DNA of 57,414 nt from an uncultured Clostridia bacterium (GCA_947624865.1 CANQMH010000001.1:1-57414), one strand, 5' to 3'; shown: positions 19,964-28,478, counted from the stretch's first letter. A program made the numbers and translations. Notes: generated by a model from the letters alone, not told the origin.

Positions 19964-20458
19964 ATGTTTATTTCATCAGATTTGCAAATATTTCAATGGC
20001 TAATCAAAGCTAAACCAAGCGCGTATGCCGCTATTAAGGGTTCGGAGGATTATCCGCAAATTAACGGAATGATAAAGTTTTATCAGACAAATATGGGAGT
20101 GTATGTTGTAACGTCTGTTGTAGGACTGCCTGATGATAATTCGATTTGCGGAAGCAGGATTTTTGCAATTCATATTCACAATGGAACAGGATGTTCTGGA
20201 GATGAAACAGACCCGTTTAAAGATGCAGGAACTCATTTCAATCCTAACGATTGTCCTCATCCGTATCATGCAGGCGATATGCCGCCTCTGTTTTCAGCCA
20301 ATCACATAGCGTGGAACGCATTTCTGACAGATAATTTTACAGTAGATGATGTTACAGATTTGCCGATTATAATTCACTCCGGGGTTGATGATTTTACGAC
20401 CCAGCCTTCGGGAAATTCAGGAAGCAAAATTGCCTGCGGAATAATAAGAAAAATCTGA
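19964..20458 (+). CDS. sodC: Cu/Zn superoxide dismutase family protein (no signal peptide)
   Basis: HIH, GTHFNP, HPYHAGD, IIIH, GNSG.KIACG ligand motifs. Confidence 0.85.
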   Translation: MFISSDLQIFQWLIKAKPSAYAAIKGSEDYPQINGMIKFYQTNMGVYVVTSVVGLPDDNSICGSRIFAIHIHNGTGCSGDETDPFKDAGTHFNPNDCPHPYHAGDMPPLFSANHIAWNAFLTDNFTVDDVTDLPIIIHSGVDDFTTQPSGNSGSKIACGIIRKI

Positions 20459-20467
20459 AAAACAAAC

Positions 20468-20500
20468 AATAAGCGCCGAAGTGTTTCGGCGTTTATTTAT
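20468..20500. terminator. Bidirectional terminator between convergent sodC and NUDIX genes
   Basis: aataagcgccgaa-gtgt-ttcggcgtttatt. Confidence 0.75.
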
Positions 20501-20539
20501 TATAATGAATTTGTTTAATTGTGGAGAAAATAAGATTGT

Positions 20540-21028
20540 TTATATAAAATGATCCAGAAAAAAGTCCAGAAAACGCTGTGCAGACCCGTCGGGCATTATG
20601 TTTTCTTTTGCTTCATTAAAGCTGAACCACTCAGCTTTGTCAATTTCATTGTTAATTCCCGACAAGTCTTCGCTTTTTGCAACACAGCTAAAATTGAGCA
20701 TAAGCGTATTTGTAGGCTCGAAATACTCGCTATTGTTATACTTTATATTATATACATCTATTCCTGTTTCTTCCTTTACTTCTCTTTTAACGGCGTCTTC
20801 TGCGTTTTCTCCCTTATTGATGTATCCTGCAACAAGAACATTTCGCTTCTTACCATATTGCTGTATCAGTAAGATTTTATTCTTATCGGGATTCATAACC
20901 ACCATACTGCAAGCAGCAGAAAAAACAGGGAACCTGAACTCGCCGCACTTTGAACAGTAGGGAATGAGCCCGTCGTTTTTATGCTCTTTTTTAATAAGTT
21001 TATTTCCGCACTTACAGCAATAACTCAT
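20540..21028 (-). CDS. NUDIX hydrolase, NudC-like with zinc ribbon
   Basis: CCKCG...CSKC, AGYINKGENAEDAVKREVKEETG Nudix box. Confidence 0.88.
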   Translation of the reverse strand: MSYCCKCGNKLIKKEHKNDGLIPYCSKCGEFRFPVFSAACSMVVMNPDKNKILLIQQYGKKRNVLVAGYINKGENAEDAVKREVKEETGIDVYNIKYNNSEYFEPTNTLMLNFSCVAKSEDLSGINNEIDKAEWFSFNEAKENIMPDGSAQRFLDFFLDHFI

Positions 21029-21263
21029 TATATCACCTCGAATTTTATATTTTATTGATTTTTAAAACTTATAAATATATACGTGTGAATGTGTATATCT
21101 GATATTGAGATTAACTTCAGAATTTGTTTTAATTAGCCTTATTAATGTTATTATAAGCTTTGTACTTATGATTTATTTACAATCAATAATTCCGTTGTCA
21201 ACTGATTTTCATCTTATATGAGAAAATATTATCAGATTATTTGTAAAATAAACGGAAAAAATG

Positions 21264-21292
21264 TTGAATATTTCACATGAATATGTTAAAAT
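21264..21292 (+). promoter_or_regulatory. SigA-type promoter upstream of the giant LRR gene (leader about 230 nt)
   Basis: TTGAAT-17 nt-TAAAAT with TG extended -10. Confidence 0.5.
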
Positions 21293-21529
21293 ACAACTAA
21301 TTAATTTATTTTATTTTTGTAAAATTATACATATTATAAATAAACTCAAATCAAAGCGGTATTCTGACGGGAATTGCCGAACACTTTACATATTATTATA
21401 CATTTCCGGAAGACGAAGCTTTTTATATAATATTATTAGGAAACACCGCACAATTATCAGGTAATTGTACTGTGTAATATACTTGATTCATTGTACGGAA
21501 CTTCCTAAATTTTTAAACAGGAGGAAATT

Positions 21530-24500
21530 ATGAAACATTTTTTAAAATTTGTCTCAGTATTGTTGGTCGTTATGACAATTACAGGCGCCTGTCAAGCCGG
21601 ACTGTCTGCGTTTGCAGCCACCGTGAAGTCTGACGCTGCTGCGGCATCTTATGACGCAGAAACAGCAGTTTCGGGAGCGTCAACATTGGTAAACGGCACT
21701 TGCGGAGAGAATCTTAATTGGGAGCTTGACCTGACCACCGGTGTGCTCACAATCAGCGGAACAGGTACAATGTATGCGTATTACTCTACTCCTTGGTATG
21801 ATCACAGAAGTTACATAAAAACCGCAACAATTAAAGATGGTGTAACTTCAATCTGCTGGAATGCTTTTTCTGATTGCACAAGCCTTGCGAGTGTAAAACT
21901 CTCTAATTCATTAACTTTAATCGGCGATCAAGCTTTTGAAGAATGCACAAGCCTTACAAGTATAGAAATCCCCGGCTCAGTAACTGAAATCGGCGAAAGA
22001 GCTTTTTATAATTGCACAAGCCTTGCGGGTGTAAAACTCTCTAATTCATTAACTTCAATTGACGATTGGGCTTTTGCTTCGTGCGAAAGCCTTACAAGTA
22101 TAGAAATCCCCGACTCAGTAACTTCAATCGGCGATTATGCTTTTGCTTGGTGCGAAAGCCTTGAGAGTGTAAAACTCTCTAATTCATTAACTTCAATCGG
22201 TACTATTGCTTTTTATGAATGTACAAGCCTTGCAAGTATAGAAATCCCTAACTCGGTAACTTCAATCGGCAATGAGGCTTTTCTGGCTTGCACAAGCCTT
22301 GAGAGTGTAAAACTCTCTAATTCATTAACTTCAATCGGCAATAGAGCTTTTTCCGGTACAAGCCTTGCAAGTATAGAAATCCCCGACTCGGTAACTTCAA
22401 TCGGCTGGAATGCTTTTTATTACTGTACAAGCCTTGCGAGTGTGAAACTCTCTAATTCATTAACTTCAATCGGCGATCAAGCTTTTGAAGAATGCACAAG
22501 CCTTGCAAGTATAGAAATCCCCGGCTCAGTAACTGAAATCGGCGAAAGAGCTTTTTATAATTGCACAAGCCTTGCGAATGTAAAACTCTCTAATTCATTA
22601 ACTTCAATCGGCTATTATGCTTTTTATGGCTGCACAAGCCTTGAGAGTGTAAAACTCTCTAATTCATTAACTTCAATTGACGATTGGGCTTTTGCTTCGT
22701 GCGAAAGCCTTACAAGTATAGAAATCCCCGGCTCAGTAACTGAAATCGGCAATAGTGCTTTTAGTAATTGTACAAATCTTGCGAGTATAGAAATCCCCGA
22801 CTCTGTAACTGAAATCAGCGGGAGTGCTTTTTATAACTGTGGTCAACTTGTTATTTACGGATATATTCCTTCATATGCATATACTTACGCTATGGAACAC
22901 AATTTTCCATTTATTCTTTTGTTTACAAAATATTCCGGAAAAATAGAAGTAAATGTTGATTATGACGGTTCAGACCGTCTTCTTGTAAAAATCTCTAATG
23001 AAGATAACGAGTCTCTCTTAAGAGCCGTTAAAGACGGAAACGCAGTATTCTCCGGCATAAATTCGGAGAGAACATATACTGTTGAGCTTCTTACAAAAAG
23101 CGGCAGACTTATAGACAAAAAGAGTAATGTAAAGCTTGCCGCTGATACTGCGTCTGTCAGCTTTAATAACGTTAATCTTTACGACTACACAGCTTCGGTA
23201 GTAGATGAAAACGGCGATAAAGTTAATGATTATACAATAGAGTGGTTTGTAAATTCATCATCAGACCCGGAGTCAAAATCCGACACTGTAACAGACCTTA
23301 AAGCAGGAGACAATGTAAAATGTGCGGTTACAATCGGTGACGAGCTTAAAAAGATTTATGAAGTTCCCGAAGCAGTCACCACCACAGTACAGGCTTCTGA
23401 CAAAAAGATTGTAATTAAGCTTAAAAAAGCAGAAACAAAGAATACAAAAATTATTGTTAAAGACATTAACGGCAATCCGTTGCCAAAGGCTGATGTCAGC
23501 ATAATTCAAAAGGTAAATCAAAAGCTTAATACTGCTGTCACCTACACCGCAGACGAAAACGGTGAAATTACAGTATCACTCAGAACGCTTGAAACAGGAA
23601 TTAAGGTTTTCAAAGAATCATATTTCAGTGCTTCCTGGTCCGGAGTTCCTGACGGCAAAGACATTACCATTGTGCTTGAATCCGCTGTTGGTGCGTCGTT
23701 TGTTCCAGTTATAAAAAGTAATTACATAAATGGTATTACGCACAGCAATGTAACAACCGATTCACTCACGTTCAGTATAAAAAACCTGACAAACGGAAAA
23801 TATATTGAAAACTTTTCCTATGAAAACGGAACAATAAAAATTCCTAATGAGTATATTTCAAAAAATGACAAGCTTTTGTTTACAGCAGTTGATTCAAACG
23901 GAGTTTTTTGTGACACAAGCGCGACGGTAACATATACAGGCAGTTCTGTCCAATTTGATTTAACTTTTACCGAAAAAGGCATTATCAAATTTTCGTTTAA
24001 TTCTTCTAACGAAAAGAATATGGCGTTGATATTCAATGCCAACGGAGATTACGTTTCAGCTGTTGATTTAAATAATTCTTCATTAAGCTCAAATCTTGAC
24101 GCAGGAAATTATAAGGCTGTAATTATGGGTTACTGCAAATCTCTGTACATAGTAAGCTCATACAGCGACCTTCTGTCTTTCGGCTTGAAAAAGAATTCTG
24201 ATTTTATTGAAAAAGATGTATCTGTTGCAGATGCTGAAATTACGGAAATTTCAAATGTAACGATACCTAAATTCAGCGAAGAAAATCTGTTCTTTATTGA
24301 TACAGACAAATCATACATTTCAATTTCACCCTCAAATTCCGTTCCGGGTAATTATCTGATTGTTTCTGTCAAATATTCGGTACTTGATAGATACAAAAAA
24401 ACTGCAGTTCCCGATTGCGTAACCATTACCCTGCCGGAAGGAATTAAAATGGCCTCAGATTCTTCTTTAATAGTAGATAATGTTTATAACTCAGACTATA

Positions 24501-27500
24501 CATATGAAAATAACGTTATTACAGTTCCGGTAGCAAATAATGAAACGGTTATAATGTTTTCAGTTTCAACTGAAGCATATTCCGGACAAAATGACATTAG
24601 TGCAAATATCACATTTTTAAAGAATAATAAACAAATTGTTCAGCCCATAGGTACTGCGCTCTTTAAATTTGATGAAAATTTCATTGTTCCTGATCTTGTA
24701 GGCGATGCTGATTTCCCTGTTTCGGGTAAGGTAAGTCCACTGTCAGATGTTGAAGTTTATGCGGACGATATTTTAGTTGGTTCAACCAAATCAAACAACT
24801 TTGGATCATTTTCATACAATGTACATCTTGAAAACACGTATAACCACACACACCACAGCATTTATTTCGTAATAAAAAACGGCAGCGGAGTCTTCTATAA
24901 GTCGAAAACCTACGCGGTTGAATACGACATTAATTCTGTTTCTGTATTAAGCCTTTATATGAGTCCCAACGGTATGTACGGCGGTTCTGTTAAGTTATAC
25001 AGCAGCGACGGCAATTACTCTTCTCAGTATTACTACTATCCCGGAAAGTATGACGACCTTACATATACCGTTGAGTTTTCGGGAAATGTTGACGTGCTGA
25101 ATAATGTAAGGATTATTTCAACTGCTTCAAATGGTCAGGAAATAATTATTCCGCTTGATCGTGTTGGCAGTACAAAGACATTTGCCGGAACATATCATTA
25201 CTCTTCAAGTACAATACCCGTTTCGCTGAGTGTGGGCTATGATTATTTTGGTGAAGTATTCTTTGACTCGGACAATGCAAGAGCAAATGAAGAAAAAAAC
25301 AAATCGGCAGTTGCAGACTGTGAAAATGCCGCACAGGAGCTTGAAGATTATTTAAAAACAGCCTCTAAAGAGGAATTAAATGAAATTGCTGACTGTGTTA
25401 ATCAGGTAATAAACAATTCTGAATATAAATATTTAATGGAGGAAGTCAACAAAAATTACACCTTGCTTGAACAAACTGACAATTCAGTATCAATTAAGGA
25501 TAATAAAAACAATGTCATTTATTGCTCAAAAGACTGGACAGATACTTCAAAAAATGCAAATGACCTGTTAGCTGAGGGTTATACCAAGGTTGATACATAT
25601 AACGAAAATGACCGGATTTATTCGCTTGTCACTGACTCATGCAGTATTATTGCAGACTTATCAGATGGGTCTTTCTCATCACAGGAAGTTATACCTGTTG
25701 AACAAACTATAAATTTACCGAATTTAATTAACAACTTTAACAAATCAAATGTATTAGGTTCAGCCGGCAATAAAATAGAGTCACGTGCTTCGTTAAATCA
25801 AAATGTTGTTGATTTCTTAAAAAATACGTATAACGTTATAGGAAAATATGCAGATTTATTATTATCTTTAACTGAAGAATTACATAATTTTGGTCCTGTA
25901 GGTAAGGCAGCGTGTAAATTATTTGGCGGCATATTAAATGCATTTTCATTAAACAGCTTGTATGATCAATTGAGTTATTATATAGATGCTTGCTCTAAGC
26001 TGGATAATTTAAAGTACTCCTACGAATCTTTATTGGAGCTATCAAATAAATGTAACTTTAGTGCCCAAGATATGATAACTTTATCAGACTTGGGTAACAC
26101 AATAAACGATATACAAAACAATATTAATCTATATCTTTCTGCGTTAGAAGCAACTGCTGTTTCAACTTTAGTTGGTTTGACGTCATTTGTATATTCTTTA
26201 GTGGATATCGAAATTTTCTCAAAAGTAGCAAGCATAACCTTAAGTGTATTAAGTTTTCTTACAAGTGTAGGTCTTGATATGGCTTTTGAGAATTTAACAA
26301 ATTATATTGATAATGATTATAATTTGGGATATCAAATACTCTCATATTTTAAAAGAGAATTAGCAAAATCCGGTTGTGTTACTGATATATATGACAATTT
26401 AATAGACCAATCGAAACTAAAATTACCCAATATTAATGTGAACGGTATTATGGATCCGTCAGGTTATGTATGCGAGGCTGTTTCAAGCAACAGGCTTGAA
26501 GGTGTTACCGCAACAATTTATTACAGTCCTAACGCCGACGGAAGCGACGCCGTTATCTGGAATGCAGAAGATTATAATCAGAAAAATCCTCTTTTAACAA
26601 ACTCTATGGGACAATATGAATGGTATGTGCCTGAGGGTTATTGGCAGGTTAAGTACGAAAAAGACGGATATCAAACACAGTACAGCGACTGGCTGCCTGT
26701 TCCTCCGCCTCAAATGGATATAAACGTTGCAATGGTTTCATTGGATGCTCCGACGGTTAAAAACGTTATGGTTTATCCCGATTCAATTGATATTACATTC
26801 AGTCAGTATATGAACCGACATTCTGTTACCTCGCAAAACGTAAAAGTTACTCAGAACGGCAAAACAATCAGCGGTACAATTACTCCGCTTGACAAGGAAG
26901 CTTCTTTTAATGACGCTGATACCTTCTATGCTTCAAAATTCAGATTTGTACCTTCTGACGGAGCTGCTCTGAGCGGTACAATTAATGTAAGCATTGCCGA
27001 CGCTGTAAACTATGCCGGCAGCCAAATGGATGATACATTCACAAATAATTACACCGTACAGCACCGCGTAACATCCATTGAGGCAGACAATACGGTTACT
27101 GTAAATTACGGACAGCCTGTAACTCTTAATATCAAGCTCCTTCCGGGTGAGGCAGCCGCTAACAAAACCGTAAACATCAGTACCGACAACAGTACATTAA
27201 TTTCCGTTGATAAAACAAGTGTTGTAACCGATGAAAACGGTATGGCACAAGTAACCGTAAGCGTGTTGCTTCCGGGCGCAGCAAATATTACTTATCAGGT
27301 CGACGGAACAGACGTTACTGCAACTACAAAGATAATCTGCACAAATATTGTCGAGTCTGAAGAAAAGGAGCAGCTTGAAAAAGTACAGGCGTCTGTAGCA
27401 AGTGGTTCAGTCGTTGAAGCAGGAACACAAATAACGCTGACCTGTTCAAACCCTGACGCTCAAATTTATTATACGCTCGACTCTTCCTGTCCGTGCCAGT

Positions 27501-27835
27501 TGGATAATCCGGCACGAACATTATACACAGGACCTATTACTGTTAATGAGGACACGGTAATTGTAGCGTATGCAGTATTGGACGGATATGAGGACAGCAA
27601 TACAAACCTCTTTATATATACGGTGAAAAAACCTATACTGCTTGACGTTAACTGTGACGGAGTCGTCAGTGTACTTGATGCAACTGAAATTCAGAAGTAT
27701 CTTGTAAGTATGGTAAAATTTAATGAAATACAAAAGTCTGTTGCTGATGCCAACGGAGATGGAGTAATCAGCGTATTGGATGCTACTGAAATACAAAAAT
27801 ATCTCGTAGGTCTTTCATCTATTTTAAGCAATTAA
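21530..27835 (+). CDS. 2101-aa secreted BspA/TpLRR (LRR_5) protein with Ig-like stalk, internal helical module, CHB_HEX_C-like domain and C-terminal dockerin
   Basis: Signal peptide (..GLSAFA); GTCG..L.W....G.LTISGTG cap; 15 LRR units (IgxxAFxxC.SL..I.IP); beta-rich stalk; IYYTLD..P...YTGPI; duplicated D.N.DG..S.LDATEIQKYL; RBS aggagga. Confidence 0.9.
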   Translation: MKHFLKFVSVLLVVMTITGACQAGLSAFAATVKSDAAAASYDAETAVSGASTLVNGTCGENLNWELDLTTGVLTISGTGTMYAYYSTPWYDHRSYIKTATIKDGVTSICWNAFSDCTSLASVKLSNSLTLIGDQAFEECTSLTSIEIPGSVTEIGERAFYNCTSLAGVKLSNSLTSIDDWAFASCESLTSIEIPDSVTSIGDYAFAWCESLESVKLSNSLTSIGTIAFYECTSLASIEIPNSVTSIGNEAFLACTSLESVKLSNSLTSIGNRAFSGTSLASIEIPDSVTSIGWNAFYYCTSLASVKLSNSLTSIGDQAFEECTSLASIEIPGSVTEIGERAFYNCTSLANVKLSNSLTSIGYYAFYGCTSLESVKLSNSLTSIDDWAFASCESLTSIEIPGSVTEIGNSAFSNCTNLASIEIPDSVTEISGSAFYNCGQLVIYGYIPSYAYTYAMEHNFPFILLFTKYSGKIEVNVDYDGSDRLLVKISNEDNESLLRAVKDGNAVFSGINSERTYTVELLTKSGRLIDKKSNVKLAADTASVSFNNVNLYDYTASVVDENGDKVNDYTIEWFVNSSSDPESKSDTVTDLKAGDNVKCAVTIGDELKKIYEVPEAVTTTVQASDKKIVIKLKKAETKNTKIIVKDINGNPLPKADVSIIQKVNQKLNTAVTYTADENGEITVSLRTLETGIKVFKESYFSASWSGVPDGKDITIVLESAVGASFVPVIKSNYINGITHSNVTTDSLTFSIKNLTNGKYIENFSYENGTIKIPNEYISKNDKLLFTAVDSNGVFCDTSATVTYTGSSVQFDLTFTEKGIIKFSFNSSNEKNMALIFNANGDYVSAVDLNNSSLSSNLDAGNYKAVIMGYCKSLYIVSSYSDLLSFGLKKNSDFIEKDVSVADAEITEISNVTIPKFSEENLFFIDTDKSYISISPSNSVPGNYLIVSVKYSVLDRYKKTAVPDCVTITLPEGIKMASDSSLIVDNVYNSDYTYENNVITVPVANNETVIMFSVSTEAYSGQNDISANITFLKNNKQIVQPIGTALFKFDENFIVPDLVGDADFPVSGKVSPLSDVEVYADDILVGSTKSNNFGSFSYNVHLENTYNHTHHSIYFVIKNGSGVFYKSKTYAVEYDINSVSVLSLYMSPNGMYGGSVKLYSSDGNYSSQYYYYPGKYDDLTYTVEFSGNVDVLNNVRIISTASNGQEIIIPLDRVGSTKTFAGTYHYSSSTIPVSLSVGYDYFGEVFFDSDNARANEEKNKSAVADCENAAQELEDYLKTASKEELNEIADCVNQVINNSEYKYLMEEVNKNYTLLEQTDNSVSIKDNKNNVIYCSKDWTDTSKNANDLLAEGYTKVDTYNENDRIYSLVTDSCSIIADLSDGSFSSQEVIPVEQTINLPNLINNFNKSNVLGSAGNKIESRASLNQNVVDFLKNTYNVIGKYADLLLSLTEELHNFGPVGKAACKLFGGILNAFSLNSLYDQLSYYIDACSKLDNLKYSYESLLELSNKCNFSAQDMITLSDLGNTINDIQNNINLYLSALEATAVSTLVGLTSFVYSLVDIEIFSKVASITLSVLSFLTSVGLDMAFENLTNYIDNDYNLGYQILSYFKRELAKSGCVTDIYDNLIDQSKLKLPNINVNGIMDPSGYVCEAVSSNRLEGVTATIYYSPNADGSDAVIWNAEDYNQKNPLLTNSMGQYEWYVPEGYWQVKYEKDGYQTQYSDWLPVPPPQMDINVAMVSLDAPTVKNVMVYPDSIDITFSQYMNRHSVTSQNVKVTQNGKTISGTITPLDKEASFNDADTFYASKFRFVPSDGAALSGTINVSIADAVNYAGSQMDDTFTNNYTVQHRVTSIEADNTVTVNYGQPVTLNIKLLPGEAAANKTVNISTDNSTLISVDKTSVVTDENGMAQVTVSVLLPGAANITYQVDGTDVTATTKIICTNIVESEEKEQLEKVQASVASGSVVEAGTQITLTCSNPDAQIYYTLDSSCPCQLDNPARTLYTGPITVNEDTVIVAYAVLDGYEDSNTNLFIYTVKKPILLDVNCDGVVSVLDATEIQKYLVSMVKFNEIQKSVADANGDGVISVLDATEIQKYLVGLSSILSN
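21842..22849 (+). repeat. Tandem array of 15 LRR-coding units (69 bp; unit 8 is 66 bp)
   Basis: Unit starts 21842, 21911, 21980, 22049, 22118, 22187, 22256, 22325, 22391, 22460, 22529, 22598, 22667, 22736, 22805; two frameworks (SVKLSNS / SIEIPxS) that mostly alternate. Confidence 0.95.
27644..27806 (+). other. Dockerin domain (duplicated Ca-binding loop-helix)
   Basis: DVNCDGVVSVLDATEIQKYL ... DANGDGVISVLDATEIQKYL. Confidence 0.9.
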
Positions 27836-28004
27836 ACAACTTTTCAATATAATAGCTTAATTTTAGCAAAAAATGCTGTTTTGAGAATCAATTTAGTTGT
27901 ATTGTATTTTTAGACTGATATTTACTCTATAATTTTGCGGTACGATAGCCTGTTATTAAACTGTAATATTTAAGATTTGGCATAATATTAATCATCAAAA
28001 CACG

Positions 28005-28040
28005 ACTGCGGCAGAGAATTAATCCTCTGCCGCAGTTTTT
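28005..28040 (+). terminator. Strong intrinsic terminator
   Basis: actgcggcagag-N8-ctctgccgcagt + TTTT. Confidence 0.85.
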
Positions 28041-28119
28041 ATAAAAAAATAGGAAAATTTTACGCGAAAAAGCAGTAAATTTTGTTTCAAATCTTATTTT
28101 AGCAATATAAAAAATAACT

Positions 28120-28213
28120 AAATAATGATCCAAAAATAATGACCAAAAAATTTTTTACAAAAAAAATAAGCCCCGAAAACGGTTTATTCAAGCCATTTTC
28201 GAGACCTTAATGC
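28120..28213. mobile_element. Possible attachment-site remnant of an integrative element at the tRNA-Leu 3' end
   Basis: Direct repeats aaataatgatccaaaa / aaataatgaccaaaa, then imperfect IR cgaaaacggttt-attc-aagccattttcg close to the tRNA CCA; no integrase seen. Confidence 0.4.
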
Positions 28214-28298
28214 TGGTGCGAGTGACGGGACTTGAACCCGTACGTCGTAAAACACACGCCCCTCAAACGTGCCTGTCTGCCTATTCCAGCACACTCGC
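28214..28298 (-). tRNA. tRNA-Leu(GAG)
   Basis: Reverse complement GCGAGTG...CACTCGCACCA, anticodon loop TT-GAG-GG, long variable arm, TTCAAGT T-loop, 85 nt. Confidence 0.95.
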
Positions 28299-28340
28299 AA
28301 ATTTTCAATTTTTGTTTAGTTTCTCAACTCAACGAGTGAT

Positions 28341-28369
28341 ATTATACCATAGCATATTTAAGTTGTCAA
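28341..28369 (-). promoter_or_regulatory. Consensus SigA promoter of tRNA-Leu
   Basis: Minus strand TTGACA-17 nt-TATAAT with TG extended -10. Confidence 0.85.
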
Positions 28370-28478
28370 TATCAATTTTAGCTTTTTAATAATTTTTTAT
28401 ATTTCTATATGCAAAAAAATCACTGATTATTTTATTATATATCATATATAATAAGTTCAAAATATTTCCGCAGAAGTA

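Noticed and set aside
21261-21464. 67-aa ORF upstream of the LRR gene and 68-aa minus-strand ORF at 27927-28133 as immunity or accessory genes
   Set aside because: No convincing RBS, AT-rich low-complexity translations, and overlap with promoter or terminator elements
21842-22849. CRISPR array interpretation of the regular repeats
   Set aside because: Units are in-frame 69-bp coding repeats with only 6-bp variable patches; there are no unique 30-40 bp spacers and no cas genes
21842-22849. Diversity-generating retroelement (DGR) target
   Set aside because: No reverse transcriptase, Avd or non-coding template repeat in the window, and the variable codons do not follow an adenine-only (AAY-derived) pattern; a trans-acting system elsewhere cannot be excluded
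27850-27960. c-di-GMP-I riboswitch-like 3' fragment (tacgatagcc)
   Set aside because: No GNRA-capped P1/P2 or GCAAA...GACGCAAAGC core, and no downstream gene
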